Assembly (NCBI GenBank): GCA_963796685.1
Contig: CAWCMR010000025.1
Location: forward strand, 1,792,001-1,856,000
Direction: 5' to 3'
DNA: 64,000 bases
From: an uncultured delta proteobacterium
GTDB taxonomy: Bacteria; Myxococcota_A; Polyangia; Fen-1088
Shown: piece by piece, positions 1 through 10,679 of the stretch
How the letters are laid out: every line of letters starts with the position of its first letter
Numbering within the stretch: the first letter of the stretch is position 1
The notes under the pieces: generated by a model
The model's database searches: none
The model's input: only the letters and a program-made list of their open reading frames with translations
Told to the model about the DNA's origin: nothing
Position numbers and translations under genes: made by a program

Positions 1-678
1 CATGTCGAGACTGAAGTCCGTCACCTTCTTCACGTCTCCACCGTGAGCGAGCAGATCGTCCTTGAAACAAGCCACCGTGCCGTGATCTTTCCCCTCCGTG
101 ACGAACAAGACTTTCGCCGCAACCATGTCGGCAAAGACCGTGACATAGACGTGGTTCTTCTGCCGCGAAGTCTCGTCGACGCCAACCTCGGCGACCTGGC
201 TGTAGTCGGCTCGCTCACGGGCCTCGTCCACGTAGTGTTCCAGGATGCGCCACAGGAGCGTGTCATGCTCGCCGACGATGCGACCGACCGCCGCCACCGT
301 GAGGCCGTTGCGTGCCAGTTCCACCACCATCGCCTCGAAGAGAAGGGTGAAGTTCGACCCGCCACGAGCCCATGGCACATCGACCGTCAAGACGCCGTGC
401 TTGTCACACTTGGTTCGAGGTTGTCTTGCCTCGACATAGGTGAGGTACTGGAAGAAGTTCAGGTGTCGCCATGTCTGCGGCGAGGCATCGTGTACCTTGC
501 AAGCATCGCCACACGTAGGGCAAGGGAAGGTGCTCCCCGGCTTGAAGTCGACTTTGATGTCGAGGCGCTTCTTCTCGGCGTCAAGGTTCAGCTCTACGAC
601 CTCCCATGGATTGACCATGCCGAGAGCCACTGTAAAAAGCGCATTGACGTCAAGACCAGAACTTGGATTTTGCACCAC
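1..678 (-). CDS. ISL3 transposase, N-terminal part (not in ORF track because it is open at the window edge)
   Basis: Manual translation: ...PWEVVELNLDAEKKRLDIKVDF...CPTCG...VHD...WRHLNFFQY...PRTKCDKHGVLTVDVPWAR...GVDETS...YVTVFADM...FSLDM; zinc finger plus the first DDE aspartates. Confidence 0.9.
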   Translation of the reverse strand, partial: MVQNPSSGLDVNALFTVALGMVNPWEVVELNLDAEKKRLDIKVDFKPGSTFPCPTCGDACKVHDASPQTWRHLNFFQYLTYVEARQPRTKCDKHGVLTVDVPWARGGSNFTLLFEAMVVELARNGLTVAAVGRIVGEHDTLLWRILEHYVDEARERADYSQVAEVGVDETSRQKNHVYVTVFADMVAAKVLFVTEGKDHGTVACFKDDLLAHGGDVKKVTDFSLDM

Positions 679-730
679 GGAAGATTAGCGGAACAACCAA
701 CCTCGCGTCCATTTTAGACAGCGAGGAGCC
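1..730 (-). mobile_element. ISL3-family insertion sequence (partial, runs off window start)
   Basis: Minus strand begins GGCTCCTCGCTGTCTAAAATG at 730 (GGCTC-type ISL3 end), just upstream of an ISL3 transposase ORF. Confidence 0.8.
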
Positions 731-735
731 CCAGA

Positions 736-1454
736 GTGCTGCCTTCTTCACTGCTCTTCCGGGCAGCTACGTATGCCAGTAGTACCAGCCATTTGATATC
801 GCCAACCCATCGTCTGGCAGATTGTGATCCAAGCGTCCAGCTAGCTCTCGAAGGCCAGTTCACTCGACCATTTCTCTATTTCTTGCATATGAACCCGAGT
901 TTTCCCTCGGATTGGGCCGAGCCTTGGAGCAAAGCCACCGCGCCTGGCGCATGCTGGCTGCAACCTGCGTCCATCAGGTCGAGCTGCCAGACAACATCGA
1001 GAATCTCGCCTCACGCCCTCCTCGAGGAGGTATCAGAATGAGAGCTACATCCTCAGGTTTTTGCTTTGGCGCAGGCGTTGCTGGGTCGTGCGATGGAATC
1101 TTCGTATGGCCACGATTTGTTCGACGCAGCGTTCCTGGTTGAAAACGTGAAAACGCACGCAGGGTCCTTCGTGTCTATGAAGAGATCCGAGGATATGGAA
1201 ACACATTTTCACGTAGTTGCCCGAAAGGCATGCCTTTCTGGCCGCGCGCTCTTGTGCTTGACGGTTAGAGGCTTGCGCTGTTCCGGAGACGAACAGGCGA
1301 GGCGAGAAGCATTGGGGCTATTGCACCGAGGCTGGCATGGGGGCGGCTTTCGACCACGGGCGTCGCTTGCTGCGATGGCAAGGACCTCGTCCCCTCGAGC
1401 GATTCCAGAACATGATCGAGCGTCACCGGTCCTGCATCATCGCGGGCCAAGCTC
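736..1454 (+). pseudogene. Possible decayed ORF between the two IS elements
   Basis: ORFs 736..1041 and 1066..1482 share a frame and are separated by a single TGA; lower GC; no recognisable family. Confidence 0.25.
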
Positions 1455-2912
1455 CAATGCCGATCGGTTAGCGCGTAAGTGATCGAAATTGATCAGGAAT
1501 TCCTGTGGATAACTTCGCTTCTTGCCTTTAGGCAAGAAGCGAAGTCACCATGCATCGATCTTCGATGGAGAAGGTCATGCATCTGGATAGTTCCCTCAAG
1601 ACGGTAAGCGTATTCACGGCGCCCGAGCAGTTCGAGAGCATCAGGCAGCACATTGACCCTGCGTGGGTGGCCGAGGCTCTGGCGGCGACTGGAACAGCCA
1701 CGGTGCGAAAGCGACGGCTTCCGGCCGACCAGGTGGTGTGGCTGGTGATTGGAATGGCCATGTTTCGGAAGTGGCCTATTGCGGACTTGGTTGGGAAGCT
1801 GAATTTGGTTCTGCCTGGACCACGAGCAACGGTTGTTCCCAGCACGGTCGCTGAGGCTCGGGCGCGCGTTGGTGCCGAGCCGCTGGAACGGATCTTCGAG
1901 ATGAGCGCTCAGAAGTGGGGCCACGAGAGCGCGCGCAAGCACGCATGGAGAGGCCTGGCGCTCTACGGTGTGGATGGGTCCACGCTTCGCGTGGCAGACT
2001 CTCCGGAAAATCGCGCTCATTTCGGTGGAACCCGAGGCGACCGAGGCGACAGTGGCTATCCGCTGGTTCGAATCGCCGCGTTGATGGCGTTGCGTTCGCA
2101 CATTCTGGTGGCCGCCGAATTCGGCCCCTACGAAGACAGTGAAATCACGCTGAGCGCGTTTCTGTGGCGAGCCGTGCCGGACAATGCGCTGGTGATGGTC
2201 GACCGCGGCTTCCTGGCAGCCGGAATCCTGGTGCCGCTGGCCCGCGATGGAAAGAATCGCCATTGGCTGACTCGCGCCAAGTCGACCACAAAATGGCGCG
2301 TCGTGGAGCACCTCGGGAAGAACGACGACCTGGTCGAGTTGACGGTTTCGCGCGAGGCGCGAAAGCAGGACCCAAGTTTGCCAGCGACCTATCTGGCACG
2401 TGCGATCACCTACCAGGTGAAGGGATTCCGTCCTCAGATCGTGCTCACCTCGATGCTCGACCCCGACGCCTTCCCCGCTGCCGAGGTCGCCCGCCTTTAT
2501 CACGAGCGCTGGGAGCTGGAACTGGGCTATGGCGAAATCAAGACCGATATGCTCGACCGTCTCGAAAGCATCCGCTGCCGCAGCGTCGCTGGCGTCGAGC
2601 AGGAATTGTGGGGCATTCTTCTCGCGTACAACTTGATTCGCCTCGAAATGGAAAGGACTGCCGACGATTTCGGCGTCGAGCCCACCCGCATCAGCTTCGT
2701 CACGTCACTTCGGATCATCTGTGACACCTGGTCATGGTGTGCGCTCGCCTCGCCCGGCGCTTTGCCTACTCGCCTCAAGACCATGCGAGAGCTCTTCACC
2801 AGCCTTGTTCTCCCAGAGCGGCGCACGGCCCGCAGATATCCACGGGCCGTGAAGATCAAAATGAGCAATTTCCCGAGAAAACGGCCTTCAAATGCTTAAC
2901 CGACTGGCATTG
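1455..2912 (+). mobile_element. IS4-family insertion sequence
   Basis: Terminal inverted repeats CAATGCCGATCGGTTA (1455) and TAACCGACTGGCATTG (ends 2912) flank a single transposase. Confidence 0.92.
1550..2899 (+). CDS. IS4-family DDE transposase (start may be ATG 1577)
   Basis: RRLPADQVVWLVIGM N-terminal IS4 domain, GVDGST, VDRGF, Y..RWELE...EIK (YREK) motif. Confidence 0.95.
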   Translation: MHRSSMEKVMHLDSSLKTVSVFTAPEQFESIRQHIDPAWVAEALAATGTATVRKRRLPADQVVWLVIGMAMFRKWPIADLVGKLNLVLPGPRATVVPSTVAEARARVGAEPLERIFEMSAQKWGHESARKHAWRGLALYGVDGSTLRVADSPENRAHFGGTRGDRGDSGYPLVRIAALMALRSHILVAAEFGPYEDSEITLSAFLWRAVPDNALVMVDRGFLAAGILVPLARDGKNRHWLTRAKSTTKWRVVEHLGKNDDLVELTVSREARKQDPSLPATYLARAITYQVKGFRPQIVLTSMLDPDAFPAAEVARLYHERWELELGYGEIKTDMLDRLESIRCRSVAGVEQELWGILLAYNLIRLEMERTADDFGVEPTRISFVTSLRIICDTWSWCALASPGALPTRLKTMRELFTSLVLPERRTARRYPRAVKIKMSNFPRKRPSNA

Positions 2913-3757
2913 TGCCTAGCACGGTCTCTCGAAAGCCGTCCTCGAAGGCAACAATTCATGTATGGGCGGCCTCGCAGGCGCGGCAAAATCCCTTGCGTCT
3001 ATCGGATCCTTGGCCGCTCACCAGAAGTAGGCCACCCTTGCTCGCCAAAAGGGAGCCACCCTCAGAACACGATTTGAACCAGGAACGCAAACCCGCAGGA
3101 CGGAATCCGGGCTTGGAAGAGCGTCCGCCCTTCGGATTCGCCGACAAAGATCCTTGGAATGAGGGTGCAAGGAGCACGCGAAGGTGCTGTCACCACGGAT
3201 GCACCAGCCGGGCTCCCCGAGAGAGAGGCCCTGCCGGCCCGAGGCACCCCCGCTGTCATGCGATTTGGTGGCGCAGGCTAACCCAGGAACGCCTCGCACC
3301 GGCTCGGGCTTCAGAGAGAGCCATAGGCTCTGGCTGGGCACGTGCCGGGACATCAGCCTCGCCGTCGCGGCTGATGGCCACCACGCAGAGGTCAAGCACC
3401 CGCCACGCAAAAACTGCGAAGCGCGCGTATGCCTGATTTGTTCGAGCACGAGCCGAGGCTCTTGCTCGTGGCCGGGGGTGCGGGCATCGCACTCGTTGGC
3501 GCGCGCCAACGAGCCCTCTCCCCGCACCCAATAGCCGGAGTAGCAATCCTCCATTTGCCCCTGCTTCGTCAAGCAAAAATCCAACAGTGCCGAATCTTTG
3601 CTAAGCGGCGATGTGCTGCAATCTGCGCCACCTGGCTCCCTTTTGGCGAGCAGACCCGGACTACTTTTCGAGAGCGGCTAAGATCGGATCTGGCCATTGC
3701 GGTATCCTGTGGCCGAAGCGCCTGCTCAGCATGTGGATTTGGAGGGTGCGCAGACGC

Positions 3758-3796
3758 AAAAAGGGCCGCGAGGATGCGATCCGCGCGGCCCCTTTT
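3758..3796. terminator. Bidirectional-type intrinsic terminator
   Basis: AAAAAGGGCCGCG...CGCGGCCCCTTTT hairpin with A/T tracts on both sides, directly after the stop of the 3811..5751 gene. Confidence 0.75.
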
Positions 3797-3810
3797 CTAG
3801 CGGAAGTCGG

Positions 3811-5751
3811 CTACTGAACTACGCAGGTGAACGTCTCCTGAAGACCCTTTGCATCGCCGCCGCTCCAGATCTCAAAGCCAGCGAACACGTCGGTCAGGTA
3901 CCAACTGCTGGAAAAAGCCTGAGTGATGCCATTTGCAGTGTCCGCCTTGCTCACGGCATCATCAACGAAGTTCTTCAGGTCGAACGTGAGGCTGGTAACC
4001 GGTGAATCCTGCGCAACGTACGAAATGACAGGCCTCGTAGCCACATCCGTACCTTTTGCGGTTGTATTCCGAGTGCCTGCCCAGACATCCCAGTTGTGCC
4101 CGGCAATTCCTGTTGCTGTGCGCACTTTGGTGCCGATGGGTTGCGCGCTTCCTGGCTTATAAAGCCAGACCATGAGCAGACCAGAAACGCCATCGTCGTA
4201 CCCCCCCTCGGCGGGTGGTGTCTTGGCGAACCAAACGTCGTAGGCTGCGTTGTAGTTGCCTCCGCTGGTACCACCAGACCACTTGAACGAGGTCTGGACG
4301 CTCTTCATGGCGCCGATTTGCTTCGGCAAGCCGCTGTCACTCCATGTGCTGGTTGTTCCGCCAGTGATCTGCCCGTTACCGCCAATATAGATCGACGGAA
4401 ACGATACGACGTTGGCGCCGCCGCCGCTGCCGCTGGTGACCGTGTCCGTGAAGCTGTTGCCCACGTAGCTGAGGGATTGATAGGTGGTAGTCTCATTGCC
4501 CCAGTTGTTGTTGTTAATGATGTACTTCTTACAGTCGGTTCCGGTGACGGCCGCACGCTGAGTGGACGCGGCCGTGGCTGCCGTCGCGTCAGAGAGAAGC
4601 GAAGTGGTGCCAACGGTGCCGGTGGTCGTGCCACAACTGCCCGAGCCACCAGGCGCATCCGCTTTGCTGGTGCCGGGAGCGAAGCCGGTAATGGTGAAAT
4701 CGAAAGGCGCCTTCGCGGTGGTCGTGCCAGGCACAAGGAAGACCACGGCGTCGATGGGCTGGCCAGCGTAGGGCGTGCCGGGATCCTGGCCAGAGACTCC
4801 AACATACCAACATGATGGGTAGAAGTCCGAGAACTTGACGAAGCTCGGTCCCGCCGCATCTGTAATCGTCGCACACCAGCGATCAGTCGCATCGGTGGCG
4901 CCATTGACGCCTTGAATCTGGATGCGGAATGAGGTGACCGGCGCTACCTTGGCGCTCCAGCTGACCGCGATGCCAGTCGCCGAGCCCGGAATGGTCGCCA
5001 CGGGCGGTCCTTCTGCATTCGCGGCGGCCGGGTCGTATTTGCACTGGTCGCTCTTGCCGTTGGTGGTCTCGTTCAAATTGAAGCCCAGCATCGCTACCGC
5101 GTTGTAGTCATTGAAGACCGTACCGCTTACCTCGTACGGACCGCCTTCCTTCGTGGCAGCTGTAAAATCTTTCGGCGTAATGCTTGTGGTGCTACCGGAA
5201 ACCGTACTGTCGATGCCAGTCCATACGCAACCGTGCCAATCCGCGGAGGTGACGTTCCAATCTTTGGTCATGTAATATCCTGCAGGATTGCTGCCGCCCG
5301 CGCTCGATCCGCCGGAGCTGCCGCCGGAGCCGGTGCCAGCCGCACCACCCGATCCGCTGCCGGCTGCGCCACCCGAGCCGCTGCCGCCGGAACCGCTGCC
5401 GCTTGCGCCGCCAGCGCTGCCACCGGAGCCGCTGCCGCCGGAGCCGTTGCCGCCGGAGCCGCCCTTGGCAGAGGTGCCGCCCGAGCCGTTACCGCCGGAG
5501 CCGTTGCCGCCGGAGCCGCCCTTGGCGGAGGTGCCGCCCGAGCCGCTTCCGCCCGAGCCATTACCGCCGCTGCCGCCGTTGCCCTTGCCTCCAGAGCCGC
5601 CGGCGGGGGTCACGGCCGCGGGTGCGCAGGCGATCAGCGCGAAGGCCAGGCTTCCCGCGAGGAGGGCTCGTGGCGCCAAGTGACGGGTTGTCGGGTTGCT
5701 AGCCGATCGGCCAGAATCTAGTCGAGCGGCACGGGAATTGGTCGAGAGCAT
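3811..5751 (-). CDS. Lipoprotein: Gly/Ser linker, CBM-like beta domain, C-terminal GH12-like domain
   Basis: Lipobox ALIAC; GGAGG RBS; GH12 motifs IINNNNWG, SFPSIY, YNAAYDVW, MVWL..QPIG, GFEIW. Confidence 0.85.
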   Translation of the reverse strand: MLSTNSRAARLDSGRSASNPTTRHLAPRALLAGSLAFALIACAPAAVTPAGGSGGKGNGGSGGNGSGGSGSGGTSAKGGSGGNGSGGNGSGGTSAKGGSGGNGSGGSGSGGSAGGASGSGSGGSGSGGAAGSGSGGAAGTGSGGSSGGSSAGGSNPAGYYMTKDWNVTSADWHGCVWTGIDSTVSGSTTSITPKDFTAATKEGGPYEVSGTVFNDYNAVAMLGFNLNETTNGKSDQCKYDPAAANAEGPPVATIPGSATGIAVSWSAKVAPVTSFRIQIQGVNGATDATDRWCATITDAAGPSFVKFSDFYPSCWYVGVSGQDPGTPYAGQPIDAVVFLVPGTTTAKAPFDFTITGFAPGTSKADAPGGSGSCGTTTGTVGTTSLLSDATAATAASTQRAAVTGTDCKKYIINNNNWGNETTTYQSLSYVGNSFTDTVTSGSGGGANVVSFPSIYIGGNGQITGGTTSTWSDSGLPKQIGAMKSVQTSFKWSGGTSGGNYNAAYDVWFAKTPPAEGGYDDGVSGLLMVWLYKPGSAQPIGTKVRTATGIAGHNWDVWAGTRNTTAKGTDVATRPVISYVAQDSPVTSLTFDLKNFVDDAVSKADTANGITQAFSSSWYLTDVFAGFEIWSGGDAKGLQETFTCVVQ

Positions 5752-6156
5752 GGACTACCTCCAGGGGGCGGATGAGGGGCGCGCACTTATACCCCAGGAG
5801 CGGGCCCTTGAACTTCCTAAATTGAGCACTTGATGCAGTATGGTGCGAGCGATCTCGCGCACAGGTGGTCACGGACGGGATGTACTGCCGGATCAAACAC
5901 CTGAGCCGCCGTAGATGCGAAAGGCACTGATTGAAGCAGGTCGTATACTTCTTTCTCTTCTTTGGTCGGTGGGCGTTGCACGGGCAAGATCGACTCGTCC
6001 TGGAGGCCGCAAGTGAATCATTTTGGGTTGATATGGAAAGGCTGGGAGGGTTTCCATGCCGGAGGCTCCTGCCCGACCGCCACCATCCCGCTCGCTTCGC
6101 TCGGCCTCGCGCGATGGTACGCGCCGATGAGGGTGAGAGCCGAAGGCCCGAGGGGC

Positions 6157-7236
6157 GTGCAGGGTGAGAGGCGGGTCCCGAGAGCTCGGCGGCTCCCCAC
6201 GCGACTAGGGTTTACGGCCCTGCTGGTCATGACCGCATGCAACGGCGCTTCGTCCGGCCGCGGCGGGGGCGGTGCGACGGGAAGCGGTGGCGCGGATGCT
6301 TCGGGTGGGACTGGGGGTGGCTCCGGGCAATCGGGCGGGGTGGCGGGCTCGACAGGGATCACGGGCGCGGGCGGCGTTTCGGCCAGCGGCGGCGCCGGTG
6401 GCACGGGGGGCGCGAAGTCCGCGGGTGGTACAGGTGGAGCTGGTATCGTGATCGGTATCGGCGGCTCGCCGGGAGCCGGCGGCGCGGCCACGGCGGTCGA
6501 CGGCGGCGCGGGCGCACAGCCCTACAAGGGGGTGGCCAACTGTACCTGCGCCGAGCGCACGAGCCTGAAGGTCTCCTGGTACTACAACTGGACGGTGAGC
6601 CCGGACAATTGCAGCACGGGCGGCGAGTTCGTGCCCATGTATTCGAACCACCCGAACAACAACCCGACGCCCGATGCCGTGGCCGCGGAGATCACCAAGC
6701 TGGTCAACGCCGGCTACAAGTACGTGCTCGGCTTCAACGAGCCCAACAAGAGCGACCAGGCGAACATGACCGTCGCCGACGCCCTTGCGCTGTGGCCGGC
6801 CATGACCAGCAATCCGAATATTCTGGTGGGCAGCCCGGCCACCTCGGCCGACGGACAATCGTGGTTCAACGACTTCTACACCCAGGCCAGGGCGGCCAAC
6901 CTGCGCATCGATTTCATCGCTCTCCACTGGTACGGCTGGAACAGCGGCTCGTGCGACGCCAAGGCCGCCAACCTGGAAAGCTACATCAAATGGGCGGAAG
7001 GCCTGCCCGGCAACCTGCCGCTGTGGCTGACCGAATGGGGCTGCATGAACGCCAGCAATCCCGACGTGGCGACGGTGCAAGGCTTCTACACCGGCGCGGT
7101 GGCCATGTTCGCCAAGCACCCGCGCCTGCAACGCTACGCCTGGTACCAGTGGGATCCCAACAACGAGCTCACCAACAGCGACCACTCGCTGACCCAGCTC
7201 GGAACCGTGTACGCCTCGCAGCCTTCGACGCGTTGA
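6157..7236 (+). CDS. GH128 (Glyco_hydro_cc) beta-1,3-glucanase lipoprotein (start approximate)
   Basis: Lipobox MTAC; Gly linker; SWYYNW, EFVPM, LGFNEP, DFIALHWY, LWLTEWG, RYAWY. Confidence 0.85.
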   Translation: MQGERRVPRARRLPTRLGFTALLVMTACNGASSGRGGGGATGSGGADASGGTGGGSGQSGGVAGSTGITGAGGVSASGGAGGTGGAKSAGGTGGAGIVIGIGGSPGAGGAATAVDGGAGAQPYKGVANCTCAERTSLKVSWYYNWTVSPDNCSTGGEFVPMYSNHPNNNPTPDAVAAEITKLVNAGYKYVLGFNEPNKSDQANMTVADALALWPAMTSNPNILVGSPATSADGQSWFNDFYTQARAANLRIDFIALHWYGWNSGSCDAKAANLESYIKWAEGLPGNLPLWLTEWGCMNASNPDVATVQGFYTGAVAMFAKHPRLQRYAWYQWDPNNELTNSDHSLTQLGTVYASQPSTR

Positions 7237-7237
7237 C

Positions 7238-7674
7238 ATGGGAACCCTGGGAGGGTTCCCAAACCCTCCCGCGCACTGGCTCCGGCGAGCAAAGCTCGCC
7301 TTCGCCTACGCGATTTGATGGGAACCCTGGGAGGGTTCCCAAACCCTCCCGCGCACTGGCTCCGGCGAGCAAAGCTCGCCTTCGCCTACGCGATTTGATG
7401 GGAACCCTGGGAGGGTTCCCAAACCCTCCCGCGCACTGGCTCCGGCGAGCAAAGCTCGCCTTCGCCTACGCGATTTGATGGGAACCCTGGGAGGGTTCCC
7501 AAACCCTCCCGCGCACTGGCTCCGGCGAGCAAAGCTCGCCTTCGCCTACGCGATTTGATGGGAACCCTGGGAGGGTTCCCAAACCCTCCCGCGCACTGGC
7601 TCCGGCGAGCAAAGCTCGCCTTCGCCTACGCGATTTGATGGGAACCCTGGGAGGGTTCCCAAACCCTCCCGCGC
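7238..7674. repeat. Perfect tandem array of an 80-bp palindromic unit (5 full copies plus 37 bp)
   Basis: GGAACCCTGG recurs at 7241, 7321, 7401, 7481, 7561 and 7641; the unit contains three inverted repeats. Confidence 0.97.
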
Positions 7675-7682
7675 GGACAGGC

Positions 7683-8162
7683 TCAGCCGGCGATCGCGAA
7701 TCCAAGGCCTCGCGCGGCTTTCACCAAGCCGCTGTCAAAGGCAAGAAAGCGCAACTCCCCCTCGAAGACGCCTCGCAACATGCGCTTGGCTTCTCTGGCC
7801 GAAGCCAGGTGGATTGCGTCGTAGGTGCGCAAAGGAAAACGCTGGGCCAGCTGCCGGGCATCCTGCAACACCTCTTCGCTGAGAGCCACTTCTTGGATGG
7901 ATTCCTCCCAATAGGCGTCGAGAGCCCCCAAGTGTTTGGGTAGGTCCGCAGCTGGGATTCGTCCGAAGTGGACCATGCGCGCAAGGCTGACCGAAGCCTC
8001 GGTGTAGCCGAGCCGACTGACCAGCAGAATCTCGGCCGGCGCTGGGCCGCCGACGAGATCGCGCGCTTGTGCGCTGCCCTCCTCGTCGGCAAAGACCTTC
8101 ACCAGCGCGGAAGTGTCGAGATAGAGTGCGAAGGGGTTCGCGGTGACCGGCAACTCAGCCAA
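7683..8162 (-). CDS. vapC: PIN-domain toxin (VapC family)
   Basis: YLDTSALVK, E..GS, LRTYDAIHLASA, FLAFD PIN motifs; overlaps the antitoxin gene. Confidence 0.9.
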   Translation of the reverse strand: MAELPVTANPFALYLDTSALVKVFADEEGSAQARDLVGGPAPAEILLVSRLGYTEASVSLARMVHFGRIPAADLPKHLGALDAYWEESIQEVALSEEVLQDARQLAQRFPLRTYDAIHLASAREAKRMLRGVFEGELRFLAFDSGLVKAARGLGFAIAG

Positions 8163-8424
8163 CCCTGTCCTTCAAGACCCAATCCGACAAAGTGGGACCT
8201 CTCCCCTTCAGCCGGAAGAGTCTCGGCAATTGCCCTGGACGCTTGAAGCGAATCGGAGGGACCGCACCGGTCCCATGCGCCACCAAATCCGCCACGGGGG
8301 TTCCATGGTTCGTGATGACGACGCGAAGACCGGCCCTGGCCTGTTTGGTGAGGCTACTCAGCGTTGCTTTCGCGACGCGGAGGCTGACGGTTTCTTCGGC
8401 GGAAAGACGTGCGGCTTTTGCCAT
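8155..8424 (-). CDS. Phd/YefM-family antitoxin
   Basis: VSLRVAKATLSSL...RVVITNHGTPVADLV; immediately upstream of the PIN toxin. Confidence 0.85.
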   Translation of the reverse strand: MAKAARLSAEETVSLRVAKATLSSLTKQARAGLRVVITNHGTPVADLVAHGTGAVPPIRFKRPGQLPRLFRLKGRGPTLSDWVLKDRVG

Positions 8425-8507
8425 GTGCCTCGTTTCCAGAGGCTAAGACTAGTACGAATGTGGTCACCGTGCAACTACATTGCGCTGCCTGCCTGGCGGC
8501 GACCAAC

Positions 8508-9421
<914 letters not shown>

Positions 9422-9425
<4 letters not shown>

Positions 9426-10318
9426 TCCGCGCCCTCTGCGTTCTCGGTGTTTGAATTCCCTCGGCGCAGATCGGACGGGCATAGACGTCCGGCGGCGACG
9501 CGCAGAAACGCCTCGACGTTGTCGTGACCACGACATTCGGGAATGGACCGCATCGCAAGGCCCAAGAGCTCGTCGAGCCGGCGGATGGCGCCTTCGAGGC
9601 CGAGGCTCTTCACCACGCTCGGTCGCGCCTTGTTCCCGTCCTGGTGGATGGGCTTGCCGAGCACTTCCGATTTTCCGAGTGCGTCCGCCACGTCGTCGGC
9701 GACCTGGTAGGCCGAGCCCAGGGCGGCCCCGGTTCGCCGCCAGGCCGCGGGATCGCCGCCACCGGCGATTGCGCCCGCCACGGCCGCGGCTTCGAACAGG
9801 GCCGCGGTCTTGGCGTGGTGGTAAGCGGCCACATCCACGCTGGGTTCGCTCTCCCACGCCTGTCCGGCCGCGATTCCGGCAGGCGCGCCCGCGGCCGCGG
9901 CCAGCGCGCACAGGACTTCCGCGCCCGCCCCCGGCCGCCTGGTCGCCTGGGCCGACACCGCGCCAAAAGCTGTCACGATCAAGGCGTCGCCCACCAGGAT
10001 GGCGACGGGTTCACCGAATCGCTTGTGCAGCGAGAGCTGCCCCCGTCGCAGTGGGGCGTCGTCGAAGCAGGGCAGGTCGTCTTGCACCAGCGAGGCGCAG
10101 TGAAGCAGCTCGACCGCCACCGCCGTCGCGTTCGCCAAGGCGGGCTCGCCGTCGCCGCAGGCCGTGGCCACGGCCAAGCACAGACCAGGCCTGACCCGTC
10201 CGCCGCCCGGAAACACGGCATAACGGATCGCCTCGGCCAGGCCCGTCGGACAAGGCGCTGCCGTGGCCTTGGCCACGACTTCCGCGAGCGCTGTCTCGAT
10301 TCTCGATTCCGTTTCCAT
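9422..10318 (-). CDS. crtE: Geranylgeranyl diphosphate synthase
   Basis: GGGRVRP, SLVQDDLPCFDDAPLRRG, GQAWE, KTAALF, YQVADD. Confidence 0.88.
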
Positions 10319-10407
10319 GGGCGAAGAAATAGGGAAGCTACTATGCCCGAATTGTCGTCAGAAGAGGACCACGAGAAGCCGTAATCCCGCGATAGCCGCG
10401 GGAGGTC

Positions 10408-10497
10408 GCGGTCGTGGTCTTGGTCGTGGCCGTGGCCGGAGCGATCTTCGTGGGCCACGGCCACGGGAACGTCCACGACGACGTCTACGACCACCAC
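10408..10497. repeat. GTCGTG/CACGAC-rich imperfect palindrome
   Basis: GTCGTGGTCTTGGTCGTGGCCGTGGCC...GGCCACGGCCACG...CACGACGACGTCTACGACCAC; a similar motif occurs at 60114-60150. Confidence 0.6.
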
Positions 10498-10562
10498 TCG
10501 CCGCTCCGATTGGGTGCGAGCCTCTATCGTGGAAAGGCGTCTCTTTCTTCTGCCTTCCGCGA
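10494..10562 (+). repeat. 69-bp dispersed structured repeat, copy 1
   Basis: Ungapped near-identity to 51043..51111. Confidence 0.85.
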
Positions 10563-10679
10563 CGTCACTGCGCTTGTCGCGGGATTAGGGGTCTTCGCGC
10601 GACGCATCCCCGATCGCTCGCTGCGCCGGGATGATTTTCTTGACACTTTTCTCTTCGGGCTCAACCTACTGTCAGTCAC

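Noticed and set aside
43-717. 224-aa plus-strand ORF
   Set aside because: Antisense shadow of the ISL3 transposase.
1039-1041. Selenocysteine or readthrough at the in-frame TGA
   Set aside because: No redox motif context or evident SECIS; simple decay between IS elements is more likely.
2913-3750. Assorted ORFs right of the IS4 element
   Set aside because: No recognisable motifs or consistent codon bias in any frame.
5288-5683. Pro-rich repeat ORFs (also 43090-43827, 53757-54284, 60430-61224)
   Set aside because: Reverse-strand readings of Gly-rich linkers.
7238-7674. CRISPR array (37-nt repeat, 43-nt spacers)
   Set aside because: All spacers are identical and themselves palindromic; there is no cas gene or leader; a diverged repeat-plus-spacer copy occurs as one unit at 61374-61429.
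7238-8424. Type III toxin-antitoxin RNA array
   Set aside because: The array lies downstream of the toxin, and the PIN toxin already has a Phd-type protein antitoxin.
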